This document shows positions 26,952 through 35,632 of a DNA stretch of 64,000 nucleotides, piece by piece (the stretch's first letter is position 1; the number at the start of each line of letters is the position of its first letter). The notes under the pieces are model-generated. The model did no database searches. It was not told the DNA's origin and was given only the letters and a program-made list of their open reading frames with translations. The stretch is from an uncultured Opitutia bacterium. GTDB lineage: Bacteria; Verrucomicrobiota; Verrucomicrobiia; Opitutales; Opitutaceae. A program made the translations under genes and the position numbers. The DNA is taken from contig CAIONS010000013.1 in the NCBI GenBank assembly GCA_903859715.1, positions 13,549 through 77,548 of the forward strand. The letters run 5' to 3'.

Positions 26952-27389
26952 TCACGTCAGGAATCGTTCCGCCCATTCCGGCCGGGGCAGCGGCCGAGGC
27001 CGCCATTGGCCGAAGATCCGGTAGCGCCACCGGGCCACGAGGCGATAACCCGCATCGCGCCATGGCGTCGGCACGACTTCCAGCACGGCCGCCAGTTCCA
27101 TCGCCACGCCGCCGCACACGCGCAGCGCGGCGATCACGCCCTCCGTCCGCAGTAGAAACTCCGGTCGCTCGCGCCGGGTCCAGTCCGGCACAAACACCAA
27201 ACTGTCGAAATCCGCCGCCGGCAGGCCTTGCGCACGCAAGTACGCCTGTCCGGCGTCACTCTGCAGTTGTGCGAACCGCAATCGCTCGCCACGGTCCAGC
27301 CGCAGCAGCAGCCGCACGACGCGATTGCACAGCCCGCATTCGCCATCGTAGAGCAGCACCGGGCAAGTCTTTGGAGGAATCACGTTCAT
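26952..27389 (-). CDS. thiol-disulfide oxidoreductase DCC family protein (DUF393)
   Basis: ORF 26952-27656; ATG at 27389 (MNVIPPKTCPVLLYDGECGLCNRVV...). ATGA overlap with the upstream gene. Confidence 0.8.
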   Translation of the reverse strand: MNVIPPKTCPVLLYDGECGLCNRVVRLLLRLDRGERLRFAQLQSDAGQAYLRAQGLPAADFDSLVFVPDWTRRERPEFLLRTEGVIAALRVCGGVAMELAAVLEVVPTPWRDAGYRLVARWRYRIFGQWRPRPLPRPEWAERFLT

Positions 27390-28054
27390 GCTGGGTTCGC
27401 CGGGGTTTGCTCCGAGAACACCTCGGCCAGATCGGCGAGATCGCACACGATTTCCACCACCCGCACACAGCGCTTGCAGCGGCCTGAGTCTGAAAACGTA
27501 CCCATCTCCGCATAACGCACGCCGTTCTGGTCGAGCTTGAACTCCATCCCCCGCGCCTGCGTGCCGGACTCGCGCACCAGCACATTGATCTTCTCCCGCA
27601 GCTCCGGCAGCAGCGCCGTGCGGAAATAGTCCGGCTGGTTGGTCTGGATGAACCAAGTCCGGTCAAACTCCGCCTCACCCACCTGGATTTCCTTCGTGCC
27701 AAACAACTCCATGAGCTTCGTGCCGAACCCCTGGCGCCGCAGGTGAAATGTCAGGCGGCTGGCGACGGAGGGTGCGGCGGAGACCGCGCACCATTGCACG
27801 CGGGATTTTCCCGCCCCGGTCGAGAAGGGGAAAAGCTCCACGTGTTTGCCACGCAGTGGTCCGGCCATCTTCGGTCCGGCATAAAACAGTCCCATCACCG
27901 GTGGCTTGTCTTCAAACGGCAGGCCAAGGGTCGCGGCCATCTGGCGGAAATTTTCCGCCGTGCGTTTGCTCTGCCGGGCCGCCGCCGCCACGATCAACAC
28001 AACGAAGACGGCAAAAATGCCGATCATCAGAAAGGGAGTGATCACCAGACTCAT
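27386..28054 (-). CDS. membrane-anchored hypothetical protein
   Basis: ATG at 28054 gives MSLVITPFLMIGIFAVFVVLIVAAAA (single N-terminal TM) plus a soluble domain of about 190 aa. No family recognised. Confidence 0.55.
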   Translation of the reverse strand: MSLVITPFLMIGIFAVFVVLIVAAAARQSKRTAENFRQMAATLGLPFEDKPPVMGLFYAGPKMAGPLRGKHVELFPFSTGAGKSRVQWCAVSAAPSVASRLTFHLRRQGFGTKLMELFGTKEIQVGEAEFDRTWFIQTNQPDYFRTALLPELREKINVLVRESGTQARGMEFKLDQNGVRYAEMGTFSDSGRCKRCVRVVEIVCDLADLAEVFSEQTPANPA

Positions 28055-28086
28055 GCCGCACGCTCGCACGTCCCGCGGGCCACCGC

Positions 28087-28124
28087 AAAAGCAAAAGGGC
28101 CGGACGCCTTGCGGCGTCCGGCCC
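28087..28124 (-). terminator. rho-independent terminator after the hsp20 pair
   Basis: Minus strand: GGGCCGGACGCC-gcaa-GGCGTCCGGCCC (perfect 12-bp stem) followed by TTTTGCTTTT. Confidence 0.8.
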
Positions 28125-28170
28125 TTGTTCAGGCTTGTGATTTTTCCAAGGCGGCGATCACCACGGACAG

Positions 28171-28587
28171 TTACGCCACCGCGATCTTGCGGGGCTTCAC
28201 GGCTTCATGTTTCGGCAGCGTGACTTGCAGGACGCCGTCACGCAGCTCGGCGCCGGTCTGGTCGATGTTGATGGCGTTGTCGTAGGTGAGCACGAGCTCA
28301 TAGGCCGCGACAGGCGTCTCGCGATGCAGTGCGGTCCAGCCGGTCGGCTGAGTCCAGGAACGCCGGCCCGTGATCCGGAGCTCGTCGTTCTCGGCCGTCA
28401 GTTCGAGCCCATCCTTGGCGACACCGGGCAGTTGCACCGTGAGGCGGTAGGCCTCGGCGGTTTCCTGCACGTCGTAGACGGGGCGGATCGTGGCGGTGGA
28501 CTCGGCCGTGGAGCACGCAGCTCCATCGGCGCAGGATGCGGCCGGAGTGCGGTCGAGGGAGGAAATCAGATTATTGAGTAATGACAT
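28171..28587 (-). CDS. Hsp20/alpha-crystallin family small heat-shock protein
   Basis: 138 aa. Alpha-crystallin domain AYRLTVQLPGVAKDGLELTAENDELRITG...DGVLQVTLPK. Confidence 0.9.
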   Translation of the reverse strand: MSLLNNLISSLDRTPAASCADGAACSTAESTATIRPVYDVQETAEAYRLTVQLPGVAKDGLELTAENDELRITGRRSWTQPTGWTALHRETPVAAYELVLTYDNAINIDQTGAELRDGVLQVTLPKHEAVKPRKIAVA

Positions 28588-28630
28588 GGTAGTGAGGAGA
28601 TGAGTTGAGGATTGAGTGACGCGGCAGGAG

Positions 28631-29077
28631 TTACTTCACCGCGACGGTAATTTTCTTCGGCTTGGCCTCTTCGCGCTTCGGCAGCGTGACGGTGAGGACG
28701 CCGTTCTCATAAGTGGCGCTGACCTGATCGGCCGAGACCTCGGCAGGAATGGACAGCGAGCGACTGAACGAGGCGGACTGCTCGGGCTGGTCTTCGGTCA
28801 CGGGTGTCTTGCGCGCGGCGGTGAGCGTGAGTGTGCCGTCCGTCAGCTCGACTTGGATATCATCACGATTCACTCCCGGAAGCTCGGCGCGAACGTAGGC
28901 GTTGGCCTGGTCTTCGTAGAGATCGACGGGGAATTGAGTAACGGCCAAAGGAGCGATGGCGGAAACGAACCGGCGGTTGATCTCGGTCTCGAGACCCGAC
29001 CACGGTGAACGGAAAAAGCTGACCGGCGCAGTGACCGGGCTGCGATAGGAAGGATAACTGTAGCGAACGATTCTCAT
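28631..29077 (-). CDS. Hsp20/alpha-crystallin family small heat-shock protein
   Basis: ORF 28631-29191; ATG at 29077 (MRIVRYSYPSY...). YVRAELPGVNRDDIQVELTDGTLTLTA...NGVLTVTLPK. Confidence 0.9.
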   Translation of the reverse strand: MRIVRYSYPSYRSPVTAPVSFFRSPWSGLETEINRRFVSAIAPLAVTQFPVDLYEDQANAYVRAELPGVNRDDIQVELTDGTLTLTAARKTPVTEDQPEQSASFSRSLSIPAEVSADQVSATYENGVLTVTLPKREEAKPKKITVAVK

Positions 29078-29250
29078 GGTGATTCTTTTGATGGTTTCAG
29101 TTGTTGGGCATGACGCCCTTGATGATTCCCGAGGTTCTTGCAGGCGGAGTGCCGTTTTCTTGGCAGTTACAAGATGTTGCTGAGTGCCCACTTAATAGAT
29201 TTCAGGCCGGCTGGACCGGGACGGGTTGTCCAACCTGCGCCGTCACACTC

Positions 29251-29337
29251 GGGTAAAATTTACCCTGATCTGGCGCTTGGGCTTCAGACTGCGTTTCCAC
29301 TGAGGGAAAAACATGATAAATACTGTGGTATAAATAC
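29251..29337 (+). promoter_or_regulatory. AT-rich putative promoter/operator region of the giant PEP-CTERM gene
   Basis: 7-1-7 palindrome gggtaaa-a-tttaccc (29251-29265). Direct repeat ataaatac x2 (29316-29323, 29330-29337) with a tataaat -10-like box about 36 nt before the ATG at 29371. Confidence 0.3.
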
Positions 29338-29370
29338 CCAAGAGGCCTAAGGCTTTGACCCTAGTTGGAG

Positions 29371-32300
29371 ATGCCCTTCCCCCGCTTCAGCCTGATCCGC
29401 CACCTTGGCCTTTTCGCAGCCAGCATCGCCGCGGCCGCGGCCGCGCGATCACAGGTGATCACGCAGTCGTTTCAAAATTCTTCGGCACCCGGATGGACGT
29501 TCAGTGGCTCCGGCTACACGCCGACCCTCACTTCGGGTGTTTCGGATCCCACGGGAGCGGGCTGGCTGAACCTGACCAACAACGGCGGCAACGAGGCGAC
29601 CAGTGCAGTCTACAACAGCAGTTTCAGTTCTGCGGGAGCCACGGTTTACGCAACGTTCAGCTACCAGATGTATGGGGGCATCAACGGAACCACCCTCGGC
29701 GGTGACGGCCTTACCTTTTTTCTCTACGACGCCACAAAAACATTAAGCGTCGGCGCGTACGGCGGTTCCCTGGGCTATGCGCAGAAAACCGTGGCGGGTG
29801 GCGGTGGCGCCGACATCAACGGCCTGAATGGCGGCTACCTCGCAGTCGGGCTGGATGCCTACGGAAATTTTTCCTCCGGTTCTGAAGGCCGGGTTGGCGG
29901 CTACAACGGCGCCACCTCGGCCGTGACCGAGTCCGTCGGTGTACGCGGCCCGGGCAGCGGGTTGACCGGCTACTCTTATCTTGGCGGCTCCGGCACCTTG
30001 GCGACTCCGCTCGACTCCGCCACGCGACCGACGGTGACCAACACCGTGCAGATTCTGCTCAGCGCCACCAACCAGCTCACCGTGACGCTTTCCCAAGGAG
30101 GCTCGACGCCGCAGACCGTCATCCAGATGGACCTGTCCGGTTACACCCGCCCGGACCTCTTGGGCCTCGGCTTCACTGCCGGTACCGGCACGGCGACCGA
30201 CACGATCAACGTCAACAATCTCAACATCACGACCCTGGCCTCGAACCTCTGGTCGAACTCCCTCGGCGACAGCCTCTGGGCCAGCAACAACGACTGGAAT
30301 CCGACGGTCGTGCCGACGATCGGCGCGGACATTCTTTTCGACAACACCTACGTCAGCTCGAACCAGACGATCGACACCGGCATCAACCGTGTCGTCCGTT
30401 CCATTTCGTTCGATGCCCCGTTCAATTACACGCTGAACAACAACACGATCACGTTCAACAATGAGGGCGTGGCGGGCTTCTCGGGTATCGCGGTCTCCCA
30501 AACCCACGGCACTGGCATCGATACCGTCAATTCGAACCTCGCGATGAGCAACGCGATCAACATTCGCAACAATGCCACGGGCACGCTGAACGTGACCGGC
30601 ACCATTGCGACGGGCGGCAACACGCTCACCCTCGACGGCACCGGCACCAACACCAACCTCTCCGGCGTCATCTCCGGCACGGGTGCGATTGTGAAGAATG
30701 ACGCGGGCGCCGACACGCTCTCCGGCGCCAATACCTATTCCGGCGGCACGACGATCAACAGCGGCACGCTCAACGCCAACAATTCCACCGCCCTCGGCTC
30801 AGCCGGCATCACCCTCGCCGGCGGCACGTTGGGCTCGACCAACACTTCCTCGATTGGCAATGCGATCACGCTGACGGGCAACGCCGGCCTGTCCGGCATC
30901 ACGACGTCCGGCACGTTCACCCAAAACGGCGGAAACTACACCCTCAACCTCGCCAACGCGACGCAGTCGGGGGCGGTCAATCTCTCCAATAACGGCACCG
31001 CGCGGACGCTGACCGTCGAGGTCGACAGCGGCACCAGCACCATCAGCGGTGCGATCGCCAATGGCAGCACCAGCACGGGCGACAATCTCACCAAGACCGG
31101 CAACGGCACGCTCACGCTCTCCGGCACTAACACTTATACCGGCACCACGGCCATCAACGCCGGCACCGTGCAGCTCGGCGCCAGCAACACGCTCGCCAAC
31201 ACCAGCAGCGTCAACATCGGCGCCTCGGGCACGCTTAATCTCGGCGGGTTCTCGCAGAAGATCGCGACGCTCACCGCTACGGGCGGTGCCACGTTGAATT
31301 TTGGCGCCTCCGGGGGATCAAACACTTTTGTGTTCGGCACGTATGTCGCCCCGACCAGCGGCGTGCTCGTCGTGAACAATTGGTCCGCCACCAATACCTT
31401 CGCCACGACTCTCGCGGGTCAGACCGTCAGCACCATCTACATCTCCGGCTATGGCGTCGCCTCGGAGGCGGGCAGCAAGACCAACAATATTTACGGCACC
31501 GGGGCGAGCGGCGCCTACCTGCTCACTCCGGTGGCCGTCAGCACCGTCGAGTGGGATGGCTCCAGCAACGCCAACTGGAACACGGGCTCCAACTGGAGCG
31601 GCAATGCCAAGCCCACCACCACTCAAGTCGCCGTATTCAACACCCTCGGTACTGGCCAGCCGAACGTCACATTAAACGGCGCCAATACCGTCGCCGGCAT
31701 CCAGTTTGGCACCGGCGCCTCCGTCAGCTATAACATCACCGGCGCCAACACCCTGACCCTTTCCGGCACGGTGCCTTACATCCAGCAGCAGAGTGCCAAC
31801 AACCAGACGCTCAGCCCCACCACGCTGGCCCTTTCGAACAACACCGTCGCCGACATCACGGGCGCCGGCAATCTCACCATCGGCGCCGCCATCACCGGGG
31901 CGGGAAAAAATCTCATCAAGGACGGCACCGGTGCGGGCAAACTGATTCTTACCGGCAACAACTCCGGTCTCACGGGCGGCGTCTTCATCAACAACGGCAT
32001 CGTCCAGGCTGGCAATACCAACGCCCTCGGCACCGGCACCACCACGGTCTCGAGCGGCGCCACCTTGGAATTATCCGGCGGCATCAGCCCGACGAATGCG
32101 ATCTCCGTCTCCGGCCTGGGCAGTGGTGGCGCCGGGGCCATTCACAATGTCAGCGGCACCAACACCGACTCGGGCACCGTCACACTCAGCGGTGACACCC
32201 GGATCGCGGCTGATACCGGCACCACCCTGAACCTCACGGGCAACGTGACCGGCTCCGGCTCCAATCTGAATCTCACGGGCACCGGCACCCTCAACCTGAA

Positions 32301-33873
32301 CCAGATCACCACGGGCACCGGCGGCGTGACCATCGACTCGACCGGGACCGTCAACTTCAACGGCACCACGACCGCCAACACCTACACCGGCCTCACCACG
32401 GTCAACTCGGGCACGCTCGTGCTCAACAAGACCGCCGGGACCAACGCCATTGGCACCGGCGGACTCGACATCGCCGGCGGCACCGTGCAGCTCGGCGCCA
32501 GCAACCAGATCGCCGACACCGCCACGGTGACGATCGCCAATTCCGGCACCTTCAATCTCAACGGCAAGACTGAGACCATCGCCCAGCTCAACAGCACGAG
32601 CGCCACCGCCGTCACCGCGCTCGGCACCGGCGGCAGCCTGACGATCACGGGGGCGGGCAACGTCAATTCCAGCTATGCCGGCACCCTGACCGGCTCTTCC
32701 GGCAGCAGCCTGAATGTCAACTCCACCGGCAAGGTCTATCTCTCCGGCAACAACAGCGGCTACGCGGGTACCACCAACATCACCAACGGCACGCTCAACG
32801 CCAGCGGTTCCAACTCGGTCCTCGGCACCGGCGCGGTGAATGTCAGCAGCACCGGCAACCTGCAGCTGCAGGGCGGCATCAGCCTCGGCAACGCCCTCAG
32901 CATCAGCGGCACCGGCCCCTCCAGCAACGGCGCCATCGAGAATTTTGCCGGCAACAACACGCTCTCCGGCGCGATGACCGTGGCGGGCGCCAGCCGCATC
33001 CAGTCCGACGCCGGCACCCTGACCGTGGCGGGCAACGTCGCACTCGGCAGCAACACCCTGAACGTCGGCGGCGCGAGCAACACCGTGATCAACGGCGCCA
33101 TCAGCGGCACCGGCGGCCTGACCAAGGACGGTGCCGGCACCCTGACTCTGGGCACGGCCAACAGCTTCACCGGGGCCACCGCCATCAACGCCGGCACCAT
33201 CGTCGCGAACGCCGCCAACGTCTTCAACAATTCGGCCGCCCTGACCATCGCCTCCGGCGCCGCCCTCAACCTCAACAACCTGAGCCAGACCATCGGTTCG
33301 CTGGCGGGCGCGGGCGCGGTGAATTTCGGTTCCGGCGGCACCCTCAATCTCACGAGTGGCAGCACCACCTTCTCCGGCACGCTCGCCGGCGCCGGCACGA
33401 TTTATATCGGCGCGGGCGCCTCCCTGAGCCTCGGCGCAAACTTCAACAACTCGGGCATCAACATCGTCCTGGCCGGCGGCACGCTCAACCTCAACGGCAC
33501 GACCGACACGTTCGGCAACATCAGCGTCACCGGCAACTCGGTCCTCGATTTCGGCGCCTCCACGGCCTCGGTGCTGAACAGCACTTCGCTGGGGTTCAGC
33601 ACTTCCAGCGTCACGCTCACGGTCAACAACTGGGTGAATGCTTCCGATTATTTCTACACGCAGAGCTTCACCGGGGCGACCACCGACACCCGCGGCACCA
33701 CGCCCGAGAACCAGATTACGTTCACCGGCAACTCGAACAACGCCACAGCGTGGCTGGGTTATGATCACGAGGTCACGCCCGCGCCCGAACCCGCGACCTA
33801 CGGCGCCCTCTTCACGGCCCTCGCCCTCGGCCTCGTTGGCTTCCGCCTTTATCGTCGTCGCCGGGCCGCCTGA
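29371..33873 (+). CDS. giant surface protein: signal peptide + L-type (legume-like) lectin domain + many autotransporter-associated beta-strand (PATR) repeats + C-terminal PEP-CTERM sorting signal
   Basis: ORF 29365-33873 (TTG); ATG at 29371. Lectin-like blocks GDGLTFFL, GGSLGY, LAVGLDAYGN, LGLGFTAGTG. More than 20 repeats of the type G.GTLTLSG.N.YTG.T.IN.GT. C-terminus VTPAPEPATYGALFTALALGLVGFRLYRRRRAA. Confidence 0.9.
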   Translation: MPFPRFSLIRHLGLFAASIAAAAAARSQVITQSFQNSSAPGWTFSGSGYTPTLTSGVSDPTGAGWLNLTNNGGNEATSAVYNSSFSSAGATVYATFSYQMYGGINGTTLGGDGLTFFLYDATKTLSVGAYGGSLGYAQKTVAGGGGADINGLNGGYLAVGLDAYGNFSSGSEGRVGGYNGATSAVTESVGVRGPGSGLTGYSYLGGSGTLATPLDSATRPTVTNTVQILLSATNQLTVTLSQGGSTPQTVIQMDLSGYTRPDLLGLGFTAGTGTATDTINVNNLNITTLASNLWSNSLGDSLWASNNDWNPTVVPTIGADILFDNTYVSSNQTIDTGINRVVRSISFDAPFNYTLNNNTITFNNEGVAGFSGIAVSQTHGTGIDTVNSNLAMSNAINIRNNATGTLNVTGTIATGGNTLTLDGTGTNTNLSGVISGTGAIVKNDAGADTLSGANTYSGGTTINSGTLNANNSTALGSAGITLAGGTLGSTNTSSIGNAITLTGNAGLSGITTSGTFTQNGGNYTLNLANATQSGAVNLSNNGTARTLTVEVDSGTSTISGAIANGSTSTGDNLTKTGNGTLTLSGTNTYTGTTAINAGTVQLGASNTLANTSSVNIGASGTLNLGGFSQKIATLTATGGATLNFGASGGSNTFVFGTYVAPTSGVLVVNNWSATNTFATTLAGQTVSTIYISGYGVASEAGSKTNNIYGTGASGAYLLTPVAVSTVEWDGSSNANWNTGSNWSGNAKPTTTQVAVFNTLGTGQPNVTLNGANTVAGIQFGTGASVSYNITGANTLTLSGTVPYIQQQSANNQTLSPTTLALSNNTVADITGAGNLTIGAAITGAGKNLIKDGTGAGKLILTGNNSGLTGGVFINNGIVQAGNTNALGTGTTTVSSGATLELSGGISPTNAISVSGLGSGGAGAIHNVSGTNTDSGTVTLSGDTRIAADTGTTLNLTGNVTGSGSNLNLTGTGTLNLNQITTGTGGVTIDSTGTVNFNGTTTANTYTGLTTVNSGTLVLNKTAGTNAIGTGGLDIAGGTVQLGASNQIADTATVTIANSGTFNLNGKTETIAQLNSTSATAVTALGTGGSLTITGAGNVNSSYAGTLTGSSGSSLNVNSTGKVYLSGNNSGYAGTTNITNGTLNASGSNSVLGTGAVNVSSTGNLQLQGGISLGNALSISGTGPSSNGAIENFAGNNTLSGAMTVAGASRIQSDAGTLTVAGNVALGSNTLNVGGASNTVINGAISGTGGLTKDGAGTLTLGTANSFTGATAINAGTIVANAANVFNNSAALTIASGAALNLNNLSQTIGSLAGAGAVNFGSGGTLNLTSGSTTFSGTLAGAGTIYIGAGASLSLGANFNNSGINIVLAGGTLNLNGTTDTFGNISVTGNSVLDFGASTASVLNSTSLGFSTSSVTLTVNNWVNASDYFYTQSFTGATTDTRGTTPENQITFTGNSNNATAWLGYDHEVTPAPEPATYGALFTALALGLVGFRLYRRRRAA

Positions 33874-33895
33874 ACCGGCGGGGTCCGGGAATGGA

Positions 33896-33917
33896 TTTTC
33901 CGGCATATGCCGGAAAA
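33896..33917. repeat. perfect 22-nt palindrome
   Basis: ttttccggcatatgccggaaaa, 23 nt after the giant-gene stop. Confidence 0.7.
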
Positions 33918-33967
33918 AGTCCGTGCCCAGCGGGGACATCCGTGGTTCACTGCCTTTCCTCCTCCGC

Positions 33968-35122
33968 ATGACCTTTGACTTTGATCAACCGCCCGAGCGC
34001 CGTGGCACCGACTCGCAGAAATGGCAGAAATACGCCGGCCGCGACGTGCTGCCCCTGTGGGTCGCCGACATGGATTTCAAGTCGCCGCCCGCCATCATCG
34101 AGGCCCTGCAAACGCGGGTCGCCCATGGCATTTACGGCTACGCTCGCCCGATCCAGTCCACGACCGACACAATCGTCGCCGCCCTCGCCTCCCGTTATGG
34201 CTGGAAGATTGATCCCGCCTGGATCGTCTGGCTGCCCGGCCTCGTCGTCGGCCTGAACGTCACCGCGCAGGCTTTTGCCGAGCCGGGCGACGAGGTGCTG
34301 ACGCTCGCCCCCGTCTATCCGCCGTTCATGAGCGCGCCGAAAAACAGTGCGCGGATTTCCACCACGGTGCCGTTCGAGCTGCAGAACGGCGCCTGGGCCA
34401 TCAACTGGGAGGCGCTCGAGCGTGCCGTCACTCCGCGCACCCGGTTGTTTTATCTCTGCAACCCGCACAATCCCCTCGCCCGCGTCTGGCGGCGGGAGGA
34501 ACTCGCGCAACTCGCCGAGTTCTGCCTGCGGCACAAGCTGGTCCTCTGCTCCGACGAGATCCACTGCGACCTCATCCTCGATCCCGCCCTGCCGCACATC
34601 CCGACCGCGCTGCTCTCCCCGGAGATCGCCACCCGCACCGTCACGCTCATGGCCCCGAGCAAGACCTACAACATCCCCGGCCTGGGCACGTCGTTCGCGA
34701 TCATCCCCGACGCCATGCGCCGCACACGGTTCATCCGCGCCACTGCGGGCATTGTGGCGGAGGTCAACACCCTGGGCTTCACCGCCTGCGAAGCCGCCTA
34801 TCGCGACAGCGAGCCGTGGCGCCAGGCGTTGCTCGCCTATTTGCGGGGCAACCGCGACTACCTGCTCGACTTCGTTGCGCGCGAATTGCCCGGCATAAAA
34901 ATCGAGGCGCCCATCGAGGCGACCTACCTGGCCTGGCTCAACGTCGCCACCCTCGGCCTGTCCGATCCCATCGGTCATTTTGAAAAATACGGTGTCGGCC
35001 TGAGCGACGGCGCATTTTTTGGCGCGCCCAAAGGACGCTATGTCCGGATCAATTTCGGTTGCACCCGTGCCACGCTCGTCGAGGCCCTGCGCCGGATGAA
35101 GTCGGCCCTGATCGCGCTCTGA
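33968..35122 (+). CDS. PatB/MalY-family PLP-dependent C-S lyase (cystathionine beta-lyase-like aminotransferase class I/II)
   Basis: ORF 33638-35122; ATG at 33968 (MTFDFDQPPERRGTDSQKWQKY...). PLP-lysine region MAPSKTYNIPGL. Confidence 0.85.
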   Translation: MTFDFDQPPERRGTDSQKWQKYAGRDVLPLWVADMDFKSPPAIIEALQTRVAHGIYGYARPIQSTTDTIVAALASRYGWKIDPAWIVWLPGLVVGLNVTAQAFAEPGDEVLTLAPVYPPFMSAPKNSARISTTVPFELQNGAWAINWEALERAVTPRTRLFYLCNPHNPLARVWRREELAQLAEFCLRHKLVLCSDEIHCDLILDPALPHIPTALLSPEIATRTVTLMAPSKTYNIPGLGTSFAIIPDAMRRTRFIRATAGIVAEVNTLGFTACEAAYRDSEPWRQALLAYLRGNRDYLLDFVARELPGIKIEAPIEATYLAWLNVATLGLSDPIGHFEKYGVGLSDGAFFGAPKGRYVRINFGCTRATLVEALRRMKSALIAL

Positions 35123-35128
35123 TCCGCC

Positions 35129-35629
35129 GTGAAGCGTGTTCTTCAGGCTGCCTTTCTGATCCTGGCTCTCGCCGCCATCGCGCAGGGGCTGTGGCAGTAT
35201 TCCCGGCTGCCGGAGCGCGTCGCGGCGCATTTCGATTTCTCCGGCCACGCCAACGGCTGGATGACGCGCGGCACGTTTCTTGGCTGGCAGGTGGGCACGC
35301 TGCTTTTTCTCACCGTCCTGTTTGAAGGCATTGCCCTGCTGCAATCGCGCTTGCCGGCCGATTTGATCAATATTCCCCACCGCGATTACTGGCTCGCGCC
35401 CGAGCGCCGCGCCGCCACCGATGCCTGGATTTCCAGCCTGGTGCTTTTGCCCGGCTGTTTGCTGATGATTTTTTTCATGGCGCTTTTTCATCTGGTTTAC
35501 CGGACCAATGTCGACGGCACCCGGATGCTGACGCCCAACCCCGGCTGGCTGGCGGCCGCCCTGATCCTCGCGGTGATCGCGATGGTCGCGGTCACCTTCG
35601 CCCGTTTTGCCCGGAATCCCGCCGCCTGA
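35129..35629 (+). CDS. DUF1648-like membrane protein
   Basis: 166 aa with 4 TM segments. PERVAAHFDFSGHANGWMTR resembles the DUF1648 N-terminal signature. GTG start 6 nt after the patB-like stop. Confidence 0.6.
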   Translation: MKRVLQAAFLILALAAIAQGLWQYSRLPERVAAHFDFSGHANGWMTRGTFLGWQVGTLLFLTVLFEGIALLQSRLPADLINIPHRDYWLAPERRAATDAWISSLVLLPGCLLMIFFMALFHLVYRTNVDGTRMLTPNPGWLAAALILAVIAMVAVTFARFARNPAA

Positions 35630-35632
35630 GTC

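Noticed and set aside
29078-29250. CIRCE element, sigma-54 (-24/-12) promoter or ROSE-like thermosensor upstream of the hsp20 gene
   Set aside because: ttaagtgggcactc only loosely resembles the CIRCE half-site TTAGCACTC, with no partner half-site at N9. The GG/GC spacing of the tggca...ttgc candidates is wrong for sigma-54.
33896-33917. Perfect 22-nt palindrome ttttccggcatatgccggaaaa as the terminator of the giant gene
   Set aside because: The T run precedes the stem and the A run follows it on both strands. That is the reverse of an intrinsic terminator, so I kept it only as a palindrome or possible protein-binding site.
32071-33969. 632-aa ORF antisense to the giant PEP-CTERM gene, plus many other long antisense or overlapping ORFs. 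Examples: 14484-16796 (+), 18470-20467 (+), 12285-14027 (+), 33947-35650 (-), 35816-37117 (-), 54840-56105 (-), 60314-61669 (+).
   Set aside because: Their products are Arg/Gly/Ala/Pro-rich low-complexity sequences with no recognisable motifs. Each lies opposite a gene with clear family signatures. Long stop-free antisense frames are expected in GC-rich DNA.
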